NCBI GenBank assembly: GCA_051294375.1
Contig: JBJCIZ010000282.1
Coordinates: 50,494 to 114,493, forward strand
Length of the DNA: 64,000 nt
Direction of reading: 5' to 3'
Source: Paraspadella gotoi
Taxonomy: Eukaryota > Animalia > Chaetognatha
Part shown: one piece after another, positions 35,720 through 47,761 of the stretch
How the letters are laid out: the number at the start of each line of letters is the position of its first letter
Numbering within the stretch: the stretch's first letter is position 1
Translations under genes and position numbers: made by a program
Notes under the pieces: generated by a model
Databases searched by the model: none
The model's input: the letters and a program-made list of their open reading frames with translations, nothing else
What the model was told of the DNA's origin: nothing

Positions 35720-36360
35720 CTAGGAACAATCATGTATAATCTTTTTTGAAAATAGATTAACATCAGTAACATTATATTTTTTTATTAGTTCCTTATAATT
35801 ACTGAAAAATTTAATTCCCATTTTTCTTAAGTCCTTAAATAAATATCCCTGACTTTGTAGTTTTTTGCTTAATTTATTGCTCTCGATGAAAAATCTGTTA
35901 AACATCGAACATATTCTTGCATATATCTGATTAATTGGCTTATAAATACACCGAGTGCTGCTTTTTTTAGGAATACAACTGTCCATATATGGGTAATTAA
36001 CTACTTCAAAAGAAAAGGAATCCCTTTTATCATAGACTGAAAGAGTTAAGATTTTTGTTTTTCTGATTTAATATTAATGTCTAAATAATCTACATTTGTA
36101 TCTGTACTATTAGATTTATTTACAGTAAGTGCTGCTGGATATATGTTGCAAGATTTATTTTAAAATCCTTAAAATCGGCTGAAAAAAGGTCATCAATATA
36201 TCTTGAGCAATTTTTAAATTGTCTTGCGATTCCTAAATTATTTTTTGACATATTTTCCATATATGTTGATTCAAATAAAATAACAACATATTGGCAATAT
36301 CTTGACCAGAGTCTAGTCCAATTGGTATTCCTAATGTTTGTTTATATATTAAGGCAGCCA
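35720..36360 (-). pseudogene. Penelope-like RT fragment (Naiad-type)
   Basis: YKQTLGIPIG..IAN, RYIDDLF, YLDI, VYDKRDSFSF.VVNYP..SCIP, YARICS, KLQSQGY; ORF stops right after the thumb. Confidence 0.85.
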
Positions 36361-36565
36361 AATTTGACATAAAACATTATCTAAAATAAAGTTGAGGACA
36401 ATATTCAAATATATGATACTAAATTCAATACAGCATAATTCATGAAATACTGAATCATTTGAATTAAAACTGCAGACTAGTAATGTATGAGTGCTTTCTA
36501 TTAGATAAAAAATTTTATTCAGAATTATTTTACTGTAATCAAGTCAAACTTGATGGTGATGACCA

Positions 36566-36880
36566 TTTTTAGTCGGATTTGTTTATCACCAGATTCCGAC
36601 TCTATATTTTACTTTGTCGGTCCCACCCCAAAATCTTGTCGGTAAGTCACTTATATCTTCTCACAACATCATATTAGGATAAATTAAGCAAAAAAACTAT
36701 GTACATCCATCCGTCCGTCTGTCCAAGTGTCCATCCATCCGTCCATCCGTCGAAGTGCCGTCCGTCCGAGTGTCTGTCCCACCTTAACAAAAAACTCCAA
36801 TTACTCGTAATTGGATGGATGGATTGGAATGAAATTTTGGCTGTGGTTAGGAAAGTGTATTATTGAGCTGGATAAGAAGA
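36566..36880 (+). mobile_element. Family 1 DINE-like copy (5' part)
   Basis: tttttagtcggatttgtttatcaccagattccgac start, (GTCC)n, core repeat. Confidence 0.7.
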
Positions 36881-36886
36881 TAATTA

Positions 36887-38580
36887 TTATTTAATTTTCA
36901 GTAATCTATAGCCATATGGGAATTTTTTTTCAAGGTGCCATCCTTTTTCCGCTTGCTCACCAAGACGGAAAAGCACGATGGCTACTTTTATATTATTCTT
37001 TAATATTATTATATTATTTTCTCTAAGTTTTTCAATATGTTCTCTGATAGCCTTTTGTTTTTCTAGAGGATAACGTCGAGGAGGGTGGACGATAGCCTCA
37101 TGACCTGGTTTGGTCTTATCTATTTCAATGTGATGCTCTACCAAATAAGTTTTACCCAAATCCCATTTTCCTCTAGATACAGCTTTATATTTTCTCCTGA
37201 GTAAGCTTTCAACCTGTTCCTTTTGTTTACCTTTCAGATAGCTCAGGTCAATCTTATCCACAGGATGATTATCAGGGCTTATGTCAATCCCACCATCCAC
37301 AGGATCTGGCTTAAGATCGATTAAAGGTTTTGTAGAGATATGTCCCCCTTTTCCCCCCATTTATTTGTTTGCCTTTTGTTATTACCGTTTCTGCTGATAG
37401 ATATCTTTTTCCTTTTCTTTAGGAGATTTCACTCCTCTTTTCTTTTCTTACCAGATATACTAGGCCCATAGTTACTTAGGACTTTTCCGCCCGTCACCAA
37501 ACTGCCTTTTACTACCTTCACGTCACCATCTCGTCACCCTTTGTTACCGTTTCTCAAAGTGACAAGGCTGTAGAGCCCACAGGAGACCACGCTTCAGTAG
37601 ACTTGTGGACGCGTTTGTGGTCAGACTATAGGCCCGCCACCGACCACCAGACCACACTCAAGTGACGACACCCTCGATGACCACGGGTCCACGGCGCCAG
37701 TTCACGGCGTTCTCGGACCCACTCTCCCGTCATCACGGCGTCCCGACGTCATAGGCGCTCATGAGTCGGCGCTAGACGCAGCCACGCCCATTTCCGGAGA
37801 CGCTCACGAGGGACGTGGAGGACGACTCTCCTACGTAACAGCGCGACGGCGGCGAAGAAGAGGCGACTATACGTGCACGCCACAAGTGTACGTACAGGTT
37901 TTTCCTCACTCGGATCCATTATGATCTCACTGTGGGAAGCTACTTCCATAGTGCAGTTTCGATAAAGCTTTATCGGTTGTGTATACCAATTTTTTATTAC
38001 TACAGGCACCATTCCTGATTTCTGTCTTTTTATTACTGCTCTGGAAATGATGATTCCATATCGCCTACTGGTAAGTTTTAGGTAAGTTACCATTTCTTTT
38101 CCTTCTGGGATGACAATTGTCTCTCCCAATTTTAAATTACATTCTGATTGCGTCGTCATGGCGTGGACCGTCGCCGTTTCACCCATTTGAATATTTTTTG
38201 TTTCATATTTTATGGCTGTTATTGCACACGACTAAACTTTCATTTGGGTTAATTTGCATTTTAAAATGTTTCATACCCGTTAAACCCAATATGCATAAAA
38301 CGAATTCCTTTACAACATGAAATTAATTTTTTGTGAACAATTGTTTATAAACAAGGCACAGAGGCTTCCCCTAGGAGATTTAAACCACCTCCCCCTATCC
38401 CTACCAAAGTTAAATGGCTTGGTGATAGTTTTACCGGAAACCCTGATTTTTCTAATATGTTCATGAAAACGATATTGACATTACTTCCCGTATCCAACAT
38501 AACATGCACGGGGTCTACGTTTTTACTACGAAAAGATATAGGTAAATATGGACCGGGAATATCGGGTTGTACTAAATATA
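36887..38580 (-). pseudogene. Ty3/Gypsy pol fragment (protease, linker, RT N-terminus), third family
   Basis: VMLDTGSNVNIV (PR ~38490); DLGKTYLVEHHIEI..PRRYPLEKQKAIREHIEKL..NII (RT start). Confidence 0.8.
37569..37884. mobile_element. Possible solo LTR inserted in the pol linker
   Basis: GC-rich 316-bp block bounded by TGTAG...CCACA; no matching TSD. Confidence 0.3.
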
Positions 38581-38705
38581 TTGTTTCCCCATTCCCCTCA
38601 CCGGATTCCTTTGTACAAACAGTTGGAGAAGGCGGTCAAGATTCCTCGGAGTCAGTTTGGGCGTCGTCTGGGCACGAGGTGAAAGAGATTCCTTTGACAG
38701 TTTAG

Positions 38706-40125
38706 TGAAGATCCTGATTATTATTATTAGTAATAAAGTAAATAAATCGCCGACCGAATTCTTTAAAAATTCCAATGCCCGCTAAGAAATATTTTGCTCC
38801 TCTTGTTCAAACGCCCGTCGCAAAACGTTACCTTATTTGGAAGTATTTTTAGAATTGTTTAATTTACAAATGTAAACCAATTTTCTTTTCTCTCGCTGTA
38901 TAAAAATGAATGCCACTTTGTACAATTAGCCAATTCGATTCCATTCGCTTTTCTGATTTCAATAAATCGATTCATCTCATTTTGTTCGCCATTTTTATCT
39001 CACCACCTCCACTTGATGGCAACGGTGGATCCCACCTAATTGGTGGGATTACACCTACAAAGAAAATGCGTCTTAGAATGGAAAAAGATGAATCTTTTGG
39101 CATTGGGCCTTTTTGAAGAAACGAGAAAACGTCATCGCAAAACGACATAAAATGGGTGTTTTTTTGTGTCATGGAGAGGATATGCGAAATTTGGACTAAC
39201 GTTTCTCCTGCTTAACGTTAAAGTCTCTGCCAACTTGAAAACCACATCAATTTTTTTGCGGTGAACGTTCGTCATCTATGGGCACTGGGGCACGTCAGCA
39301 TCACGTTCTATGGGCAAGTTTTGGACGTCAAAAAGACCATGTGGATCGGCGATGGGATGGAAATGTTTGAGACCAGTGGATCATGTTTGCGTTTGCGGCA
39401 ACATGGACCAGTAGTCACTTGTACGTATACTGGAGAAAAAGCCCTGGTTATGCCTCCTACGCCACAGAGGATCTGCGTCACGATGCTACATCATCACTCT
39501 TTTCAAAGTCTAAATGTGTGCTCCTTACAGTTCACAGTGTTCATGGGTGCTATCAACTTCATCACAAACTGGATGTCTTTCGTGATTCATAAATCAAGAC
39601 ATTGTAATTAAACTGCTTGAATTTTCATGTGATTTACCAACGCTACCGTATATTTTTCTAAATTATTATTAAATTTCATTTTGATATTTTCGCATTATTT
39701 AGCTTTACCTGGCCAAAAAAAAAAGTTACTTATGTGTACTTTTATTTTAGAAAGTGACCGTTTTTAATTTAATTTTATTTGCTTTAATTTGATACTCTTT
39801 TATTGGTGCGTGGCCGGGTGGAGATCCTGATTATTATTATTAGTAATAAAGTAAATAAAATCGCCGGCCGAATCTTTAAAAATTTCAATGCCGCTAAGAA
39901 ATATTTTGCTCCCTCTGTTCAAACGCCGGTCGCAAAACGTTACCTTATTTGGTAAGTATTTTTAGAATTGTTTACTTTACAAATGTAAACCAAATTTTCT
40001 TTCTTCGCTGTATAAAAATGAATGCCACTTTGTACAATTAGCCAATTCGATTCCATTCCTTTTCTGATTTCAAAAAATCGATTCATCTCATTTTGTTCGC
40101 CATTTTTATCTCGACCACCTACACT
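38706..40125. repeat. ~310-bp direct repeat (38706-39012, 39818-40125)
   Basis: Colinear near-identical copies 1.1 kb apart. Confidence 0.85.
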
Positions 40126-40427
40126 GTTTCTTCTGGCGTCGAGGGCGCCAATCGATTGACGTCGTGACCTGGTTAATGCCTGGTAACGGGCTTCTTCACT
40201 ACCAATCCCGTCGAAGAACGAACGACAGTCACCTCCTCCTTCAGTCCCTTGCCACGTTGATCCTTACTTCCGGAAGTTGCGTTCTCCTCGCCACCTCCGG
40301 TGGGCAGATCTTCGGTCGACCCACCCAAGTCGTCTCCGCCTAAACAGATTGCGGAGATTGGTGATTATTTGTTGTCTTTGGAGGGATGTTCTCCTTTCCT
40401 TTGAAGTTCCCTCCCTTCTTGCCTATC

Positions 40428-41641
40428 TTTTTAGTCTGCTTATCAGCAGATCCCGACTCTGTAATTCACTTGTCGGTCTCGTCGGTCCGCCCCCTCAATA
40501 TTGTCGGGCACTAACTTATATCATGTCAGAACATCAAATTATGATAAATTATGCAAAAAAAATGATGTCCGTCCGTCCGTGCGTCCTACCTTAGCAAAAA
40601 ACACCAATTACTCGTGATTGGATAAATGGATTTAAATGAAATTTTGTGTGTGGGTAGGGAAGTGTGTGATTGAGCTGGATATAAAGTTTCGATGGAATCG
40701 TCCGAGTGGAAATGAGTTTAAATGGAAAAAACAAAAAAATATAATTCACTATTTGAACACCAATTTCTCATGAGTGGATGGGGCGATTCACCTGGAATTT
40801 TGTATGTGAGTAGGAAAGTGTGTGATTGAACAGGAAACCAAGTTTCGATGGAATCATTTGAGTGGAAATGAGTTTAAATGGAAAAAAACAAAAAACCTGT
40901 TTCACTAATTGTTTATGATTTTTTTTCCTTTTATATTAAATGAATAAGCAGGATGTATTAATAAATCAAATAATTAATCAGTTAATTAATAAATTAGTCA
41001 ATTAATTAATCACTAATAAATTAATCAGTCAATCAATCCGCCAATCCGTCCATCCGTCCCACCTTAGCAAAAAGCCCCAATAACTCGTGATTGGCTGGTT
41101 GGATCGAATGAAATTTTGTGTATGGGTAGGAACATGTGTGATGAAGCTGGATATAAAGTTTCGACGGAATCGTGTGAGTGGATAAGAGTTTAAATGGAAA
41201 AACATAAGTCGCATTTACTAAAATCTTTTTACTTATTTTAAACAATAAATACTTGTGTGTGGGTAGGAAAATGTGTGACGAAGCTTGATATAAAGTTTCG
41301 GTACGAGTGGAAATGAGTTTAAATGAAAAAAATATGAGTCACATTTACTTGAATCTTTTTACTTATTTTAACCCATAATAGATTGAGATGAAATTTTGTG
41401 AGCGGGAAGGAAAGTTTGTGAAGAAGCTAGATATAAAGTTTTGACGGAATTGTGCCAGTGGAAATGAGTTTAAATGAAAAAAATATAAGTCACATTTACT
41501 TTATTTAAGGATATCGATGATGAAAAGCAGTATATAAATTTATAATTATTAAATATTAAAATTAATTAATTAATTAAATAATCGATTAATTAATTAATTA
41601 ATTTTCGTAGGCAGATCCGACATTGTTTGCTCAAACTTGTT
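40428..41641 (+). mobile_element. Full-length family 1 DINE-1/Helentron-like element with internal core repeats
   Basis: 5' subTIR/hairpin, GTCC microsatellite, repeated cores, 3' gcagatccgac subTIR, gtttgctcaaac stem-loop, T-run. Confidence 0.8.
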
Positions 41642-41644
41642 TTT

Positions 41645-43031
41645 GAAGAATCTACTTTTCTTTTCCGTCCCACGCAGTGGCTTGAATGGTTGACATTTTC
41701 CTGGGCGCTTCTCCAGATGGAGGCGCCAACAGTCGGCCTTCATGTGACCGGTTCTATCGCATCCCCAACACACTGGGTCTGCCTTCCTTGGTTGGGCATT
41801 CAACGTCTTCACCACCGTTGGTGTCATTCCAATGGGCGCCACTAACGCCGCTTGCCCCTTGGTGATTCCGAGCGTCTCTATTGAGCATGCAATCTCTACA
41901 GCTTCGTCCAGCTGCTTGGGAAATCTCAACCGAATCTGTCGGCCAAGTTCCCCTTTGAGATAATTCAAGAAAATCTCTAGAGCTTTGTCCTCTATCTGTC
42001 GGCTTGTGTATTCTTGACTTTAACGGTCAAGTTTCTTTCACCTCCAGCTGCCTGTGCTCCTCCAACAGCTCCATCCTCCTCGCTCTCCGCAACAGCCCCA
42101 GCCGGCTTGGCTGCCGGCGTGGGCATGTCCACCAATTCCTCCTCACTCACCTCCGATCGATTGTTGTTGTCTTTCCATCACCGTCCCCATTTGTTGGCTG
42201 AGGCTCTCCTGCCGTGTAACTAAGTCTCCGACCAACAGTGAAAGCCTGGTAAGGCTGCGGACAAGTTCTCCTTGATCTTCTGATGGTAAGGCAATGCTCT
42301 GGTGGCGGGGAACAACATCGAGAAGTGGGGAAGCCCGAGATGGTGGGCTCCACTCTCTCACGCTTTCTACTGGGCGTGGCTTGACCGGCGAGACTTGATG
42401 GACTCCCGGCGGTGGGGACTTATGGGGTTCCAGAGTCAGGTGCCTCGACAAGGGCGATTCCCCAGGAACTGGGGGTTCTGGCGATCCTTCTGCCATATCG
42501 GATTAGCAGACCCGCCAGAAAAATCTCCAAAAGGACGAGGACGAAATAGAAGACGGAGGCATAGAAAAGGCTGATCTCCTCAGGAGCCAGAGTGCAAGTT
42601 GTGTTCGCCACAATCCTGGCAAGGTCGCCAATTTTGTAGCATGTAACGCTAGCTTAGAGGATTCAATCTTAGAAGACAAATTTGTGTGAGGTTATTTGGC
42701 TTAATTTCTTTTACAACAGATGGTTTACAAGAGTTTTGACTGTTAATATCAAGGTGCACTAAAATGTATTCTTATGTTTTTGCGTTTTGGACAGATGTCC
42801 TATTTTTATTCTCACTCTCTGCTCTCTTTCTCCTTCCGCCGTGCCTTATATACTCTCCCTTCCTTTGTTTCCATTATTCCTGTCACCTGAGTTAAGCTTT
42901 AAGGAGGATTTTCCTCTCCCTTCCTCCTCATCGGGGGGCGGGGGCCGGCCGCTCTTGGTCGGCGACCATCGAAGCGTGAACGGCGATGGCCACCCATCTC
43001 TCTCTTTCTCTCTCTTAGTTGATTCGTTACA
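41645..43031 (-). mobile_element. gag: 5' part of a fourth Gypsy element: LTR (42635-43031), PBS, gag fragment
   Basis: TGTAAC...GCTACA LTR; PBS TGGCGACCTTGCCAGGA (42614-42630); CCHC knuckle CWGCDRTGHMKADC. Confidence 0.8.
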
Positions 43032-43290
43032 GTTAATTGACCAAATTATGTCAGTTGACCATCTTATGTCAGTTGAACAAATTATGTCAGTTAACCAAAT
43101 TATGTCAGTTAAACAAATTAAGTCAGTTGACCAAATTATGTTAGTTGACCAAATTTTGTCAGTTGACCAAATTATGTCAGTTTACCAAATTATGCCAGCT
43201 GACAAAATTATGTCAGTTGACAATATTATGCCAGTTGACCAAATAATGCAAGTGGATTAAATTATGCAAGTTGACCAAGTTAGCTTATTA
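43030..43290 (+). repeat. 18-bp minisatellite (cagttgaccaaattatgt), followed by a family 1 3' end at 43305-43340
   Basis: About 14 units; reverse-complement array at 59835-60150. Confidence 0.9.
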
Positions 43291-43463
43291 CCACTAAATT
43301 ATTGTAGGCAGATCTGACATTGTTTGCTCAAACTTGTTCTTTAGTTTTTCAATATGATAAAATTATAGGCAGTAAATGATGTGAAAATCCTTTTGTTTTT
43401 GTTGTTTATGAGTTAAGAGAAAATCAAAGTTTTTTAATTGTGCAACAAATTTTTATTTAATCA

Positions 43464-43510
43464 ATACAGACATGTTTCGGCTTGTAGTGTTCAAGCCTTT
43501 ATCAGCGTCT
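43464..43510 (-). ncRNA. Minimal type I hammerhead motif (PLE-type), G8A core change
   Basis: CUGAUAA-A-GGCUUG/CAAGCC-GAAAC-AUGUC. Confidence 0.6.
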
Positions 43511-46500
43511 ATTACATTTTTAAATATTGAAAATTTTTTGTGCAGAAGAAGAGTGTGTGAGAGAGAGAGAGAAACAGGGAAAACTCCGCCGGAAGTAGAA
43601 TGTAACATTCTCATTGGATGAAAGACAAATGGCATCGGCCAATGGGCAGATGGGCTTCTTTCCGGCTGTAAAATTTACCCTTACCTCTGATCCGATTGTA
43701 TTGTATAAATAGGAACCCAACTTGTATTGATTCACTCTGCCTCGAGAATTGACACCGTCTTGTATTAATGTCTAAATTCTGAAGAAATAAAATCCACTTT
43801 GGTTTTGCCTAGAAATCCCTGTCTATTTACTTAATTGTGGTGACAGGAGTGGATTCGACACACCACGTCTCCACGGAAGAAGAACTAAGCCTTACGCCAC
43901 CAAGAACCACGCCACCCTTCAAGAAGATGGATTCGCCCGCCCCAACCTGCCAAACCTGGATGGAAGGGGCTGCGACGCCAATTACAGGCGCCGAGCCAGC
44001 ACAAGACGGTAGCAGCAACGCTGCGGACATCGAGTTCCACACATTCGAACTCACTGACTACTTGCAGCAACACTGCAATGAGCAGGTGGAGGTCACCCTC
44101 CAAATGCTCAAGATCATCAACGATGTCAACTTACACAACAGGCAAGAGATGGCCGTCCTCAAAGCTCGCGTCAAGGACTGTGAGGCCGGCCTTGGATCAA
44201 AGATTGACGATCTCCGCGGCATGATGAAAGAATTAATGATCCAAGTCAGCAGTAACAACCAACGAGACGTCAATGAAAGACTCGGGCTTGTCCCAGACCC
44301 CCACTTCTCCCGGAATCTACCCCAACCTCCGCGACGCCGCTCGCCAAGACCAACCCCAAGAACCCTTCCTCAGGCAACCCACAACAAAGCTTTGCCAAAA
44401 TCCTCGTGATGAGACACCATCCGAGAGTGGAAGGAGCGACCCACCATCATATTCTCTGTCCGAGCAGCCAATAAAGCTCGAAAAGAGGTCTGACGAATCT
44501 CCGGCCGACTTCCTCAGGAGCTTTTACAAGGCCTTCAAGGACTCACCGACGCCAGATAAGGTGGACCAGCAACTACGCGCCCTTCTCGCCAGAGACAAAA
44601 TCGCCAGCCGATACGTCGAGCCTATAAGTCAATCAATGTGGCTGGGGCTAAGGGCATTCTGCGAGGGTTCCACCATAAGCATTACCTAGGCCCTCGACGA
44701 GGCAATCGAAGGCAATCGAAGTCGACCCGCAGATTCACGCCAAATATGGCCTGGCGCTGGTCAACGCCGCCAAGGAGAATTTCGAGGCAGTCAGGGAAAA
44801 AGATAGGGCTTCCATCCCCGACTACGTCGCACAAATGCTCGTGGAAGCCCTTGAACCCAACGTGCCTGGGATTACGTGGAGTGGACGATGCTGCTTGAAC
44901 ATGGCGAAACTCGTCGCTTAGGAAAAGCGATAGAGTATAAACTAAGAGGTTATCTCAAAAAGACCTCCGACGTCGCCATCAGGAAAATCGTCAAGACTGT
45001 GTCTGAAGACGATAAAGAAAAATTGGTCAATGCCCTGGTGCAAAAAGGGCAGACCGATAAGGATCCAACCGCCAGCGCCACATCATTTTATCAAGGCTCG
45101 ATGTTACAGGAAATGAACAACATGAGTGAAATGATGAAGGAGCTCAAAAAGGAGTTGGGGAGGAATAGACGTCAAACCGATCGTCGAGAGGACCAATACA
45201 AACGCCGGGAGCGACGCAGCCCCAACAGGGATCAGGAAAAAAGACCCTACAAAAATTGCGACTGGAAAAACGACAGAAAGCCGAGCTGGCGTGACGAGAA
45301 AAAGTGAAGAAAAAACCATAATTTCGGGAAAAGGAGAGACATTGTAGATTAAACCCATGCTGTTGATATTGACTCTGCTTCTGATCTTGATGACAATAAA
45401 AACAATTTCTATTACAACCGTGTCATAAAGTCAAAAAAGACGAGATAGAAAAAAGACAACAACAACAGCTAAAAGATACTTACAAAGAGCTTGGAGAGAA
45501 AGTGATGTCGATTAACACCAAGGATGTTAACGCCCACCTCAGAGAAAAAGTAAAGACCTTGGCTAGCACAGCGAACAAACTGAGGGGTAAATCTACAGCA
45601 TCGAGAATGTACAAGCTGTTCAGACCCCTTGACGCCGACGAAATCGCTCTCGCCAACAAATTCATCCACAAGATGGGTTGGAGAGAGTGGTCCCTTGCAG
45701 ATATGGCTGGAAAGAAAGCAATCATTTCGAGATCAAAAGCCTGTGCAGCTTGATCACCAATGAGGCAAAAACTGAACTACATCTCGAGACCGACGACACG
45801 GCCGAACCAGTACAGGCTGACCTAACAGGGAAAGAGCCTCTTCTCAGAAAAGTCAGAAAGGATCACATCCCGGCAACAACCATAGTACATCATAAACCAA
45901 GTGCCGAGGAATTGAAGCAGTAGAGGAAGCTCGAAAAAGGAGAAAACAAAAGCACGACGACCGGGGAAAAAATGCTTTTCTAAAGCCATTTAAACACGTC
46001 GCCAATCAGGGACCCGTCAAAATGAGAAGGCTGGCATCGTATCCAGGACAAGGAACGAGGCCAATTCGAATGTCTTCCTCATCAAAAAGCCAGGACATAT
46101 CGCCGAAGGCCAAGACCAAATGAACGACGATCTCTCGGCCGTCAATAACAATATTTCTACTTATGCAACAGAACCGCAAACCATAGCGTCAATACTGGAA
46201 CAGTATAAGCCACATGAACTCCAATGTTCAGTGGATATCCTAGTATGCTTCCACCAGGTCAATCTCTCGGACCGATGCAAACCGGTTACAACCTTCGCCG
46301 GAGCTGGCCACAACTGGTGGATGAACAAGCTGCCCATGGGAGGAGTAAATAGCGTCAACGTCCTCCAGGCAATTCTGGATGAAATCTTCCAAGACCTGGG
46401 GACTGACGTGAAAGTTTCCTTGTCTACGTCGACGATCTGTTCCTGACAGCAAAATCTCCAGAGGACATGGCTCAAAGACTACGTGATCTCTTACAAAGAT

Positions 46501-47375
46501 GCAGAGATGAAAACGTAGTCCTCAAATGGACAAAAAGTTTGCTATTGCGCAAGGAGGACATCAAAATCCTGGGCTTTAGCATCTCCAAAAGCAAGCTCTT
46601 ACCACAGAGGGAAAAGCTCGATGCCGTCGAAGTCAAGCTGAAGACGCTCAAAACGCAAAAGGAACTCAGGGCAATGTTGGCATCACTAAATTACTACAGA
46701 TGCTTCACTCATCGCTTTTCCTACATTGCCCAACCTCTTCACGCCCTCACCCTACTAGACAAAAAAGAGTTCAAGCTGACAGCAAAGCACATGGAGATGC
46801 TGCAGCTGCTTGTCGAAGAGATAAGGTCATCACCCGGACTAAACTTCCTCAATGACGCAAGGATCAAACAGGGATCATACAGGATTTATGCTGACGCCAG
46901 CACAAGTGCAATGGGCGGATTAATTACCGCCACGGCAGATGGCGTCGAATATCCACTATCATTTCATTCCAAATCTTTCCCGGATGAATATAGGATAAAG
47001 CATATCAACATCCTAGAAACACACGCTTTTAATATGATGGTTCGTAAGTTCAAAGGTTACACCTGCGGATGAAGCGTCACTCTAGTCACAGATTCACAGT
47101 ATTTCAAGAGGGTGATGGATCTACAGCATGACAGACAACAGCTGTTACCCACAAACGTGCTGAGATGGATAACAGAGATCAAACAAGAATGCTAGCCAAA
47201 GGAGGTCGTCCTCGTCAAGAGTGAAGACAATCCAGCTGATTTTTTGACTCGATTCACAGATCAGGGTCAGGTGACGCCTCTCGACACACCCTTCTTCCCA
47301 GCAGGTTTTGATGTAACCGGAGACTACGAACCAGGCTTTGCAGAAAACCCTGTATACGATCAGCAAAACCCAGAA

Positions 47376-47761
47376 CACCTGGAGCTCATTACGGGACATG
47401 CCCCAACACTAGCATTAGTGGCAAAAGTATTAGCGGAAGACGCCAAAGCTTTCAGAGCAAAATTTTTCGAGTTTGTAAGACAAAATTTTTTACAAAAAAG
47501 GCCAATATCGAAAAATTATATGGCAAGCCAAAAACGAATGATCCTGACGCCTTTATCAGGACCATATCGGCTAAAGACTGGAGTCTCGGTCACCCAGAAT
47601 TAGAAATGCTCAGCGAGATGACCGAGATAACCATAGTCATGATGGATGAAGATTCCACCAAGGAGACAGGTTGCAAGTTTGAGAGAATATATGGCTCCCA
47701 AACAAACAAAAGAACACTAAAAATATTCAGGACGATAACTGGGCATGTCAGCCTAGTCAAT
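47376..47761 (+). other. OTU-like domain within Pol (copy B)
   Basis: HLELITGHAPTL..AFRAKFFEFV..FIRTISAKDWSLGHPELEMLSEMTEITIVMM..IYG..LKIFRTITGHVSLV (one frameshift). Confidence 0.6.
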
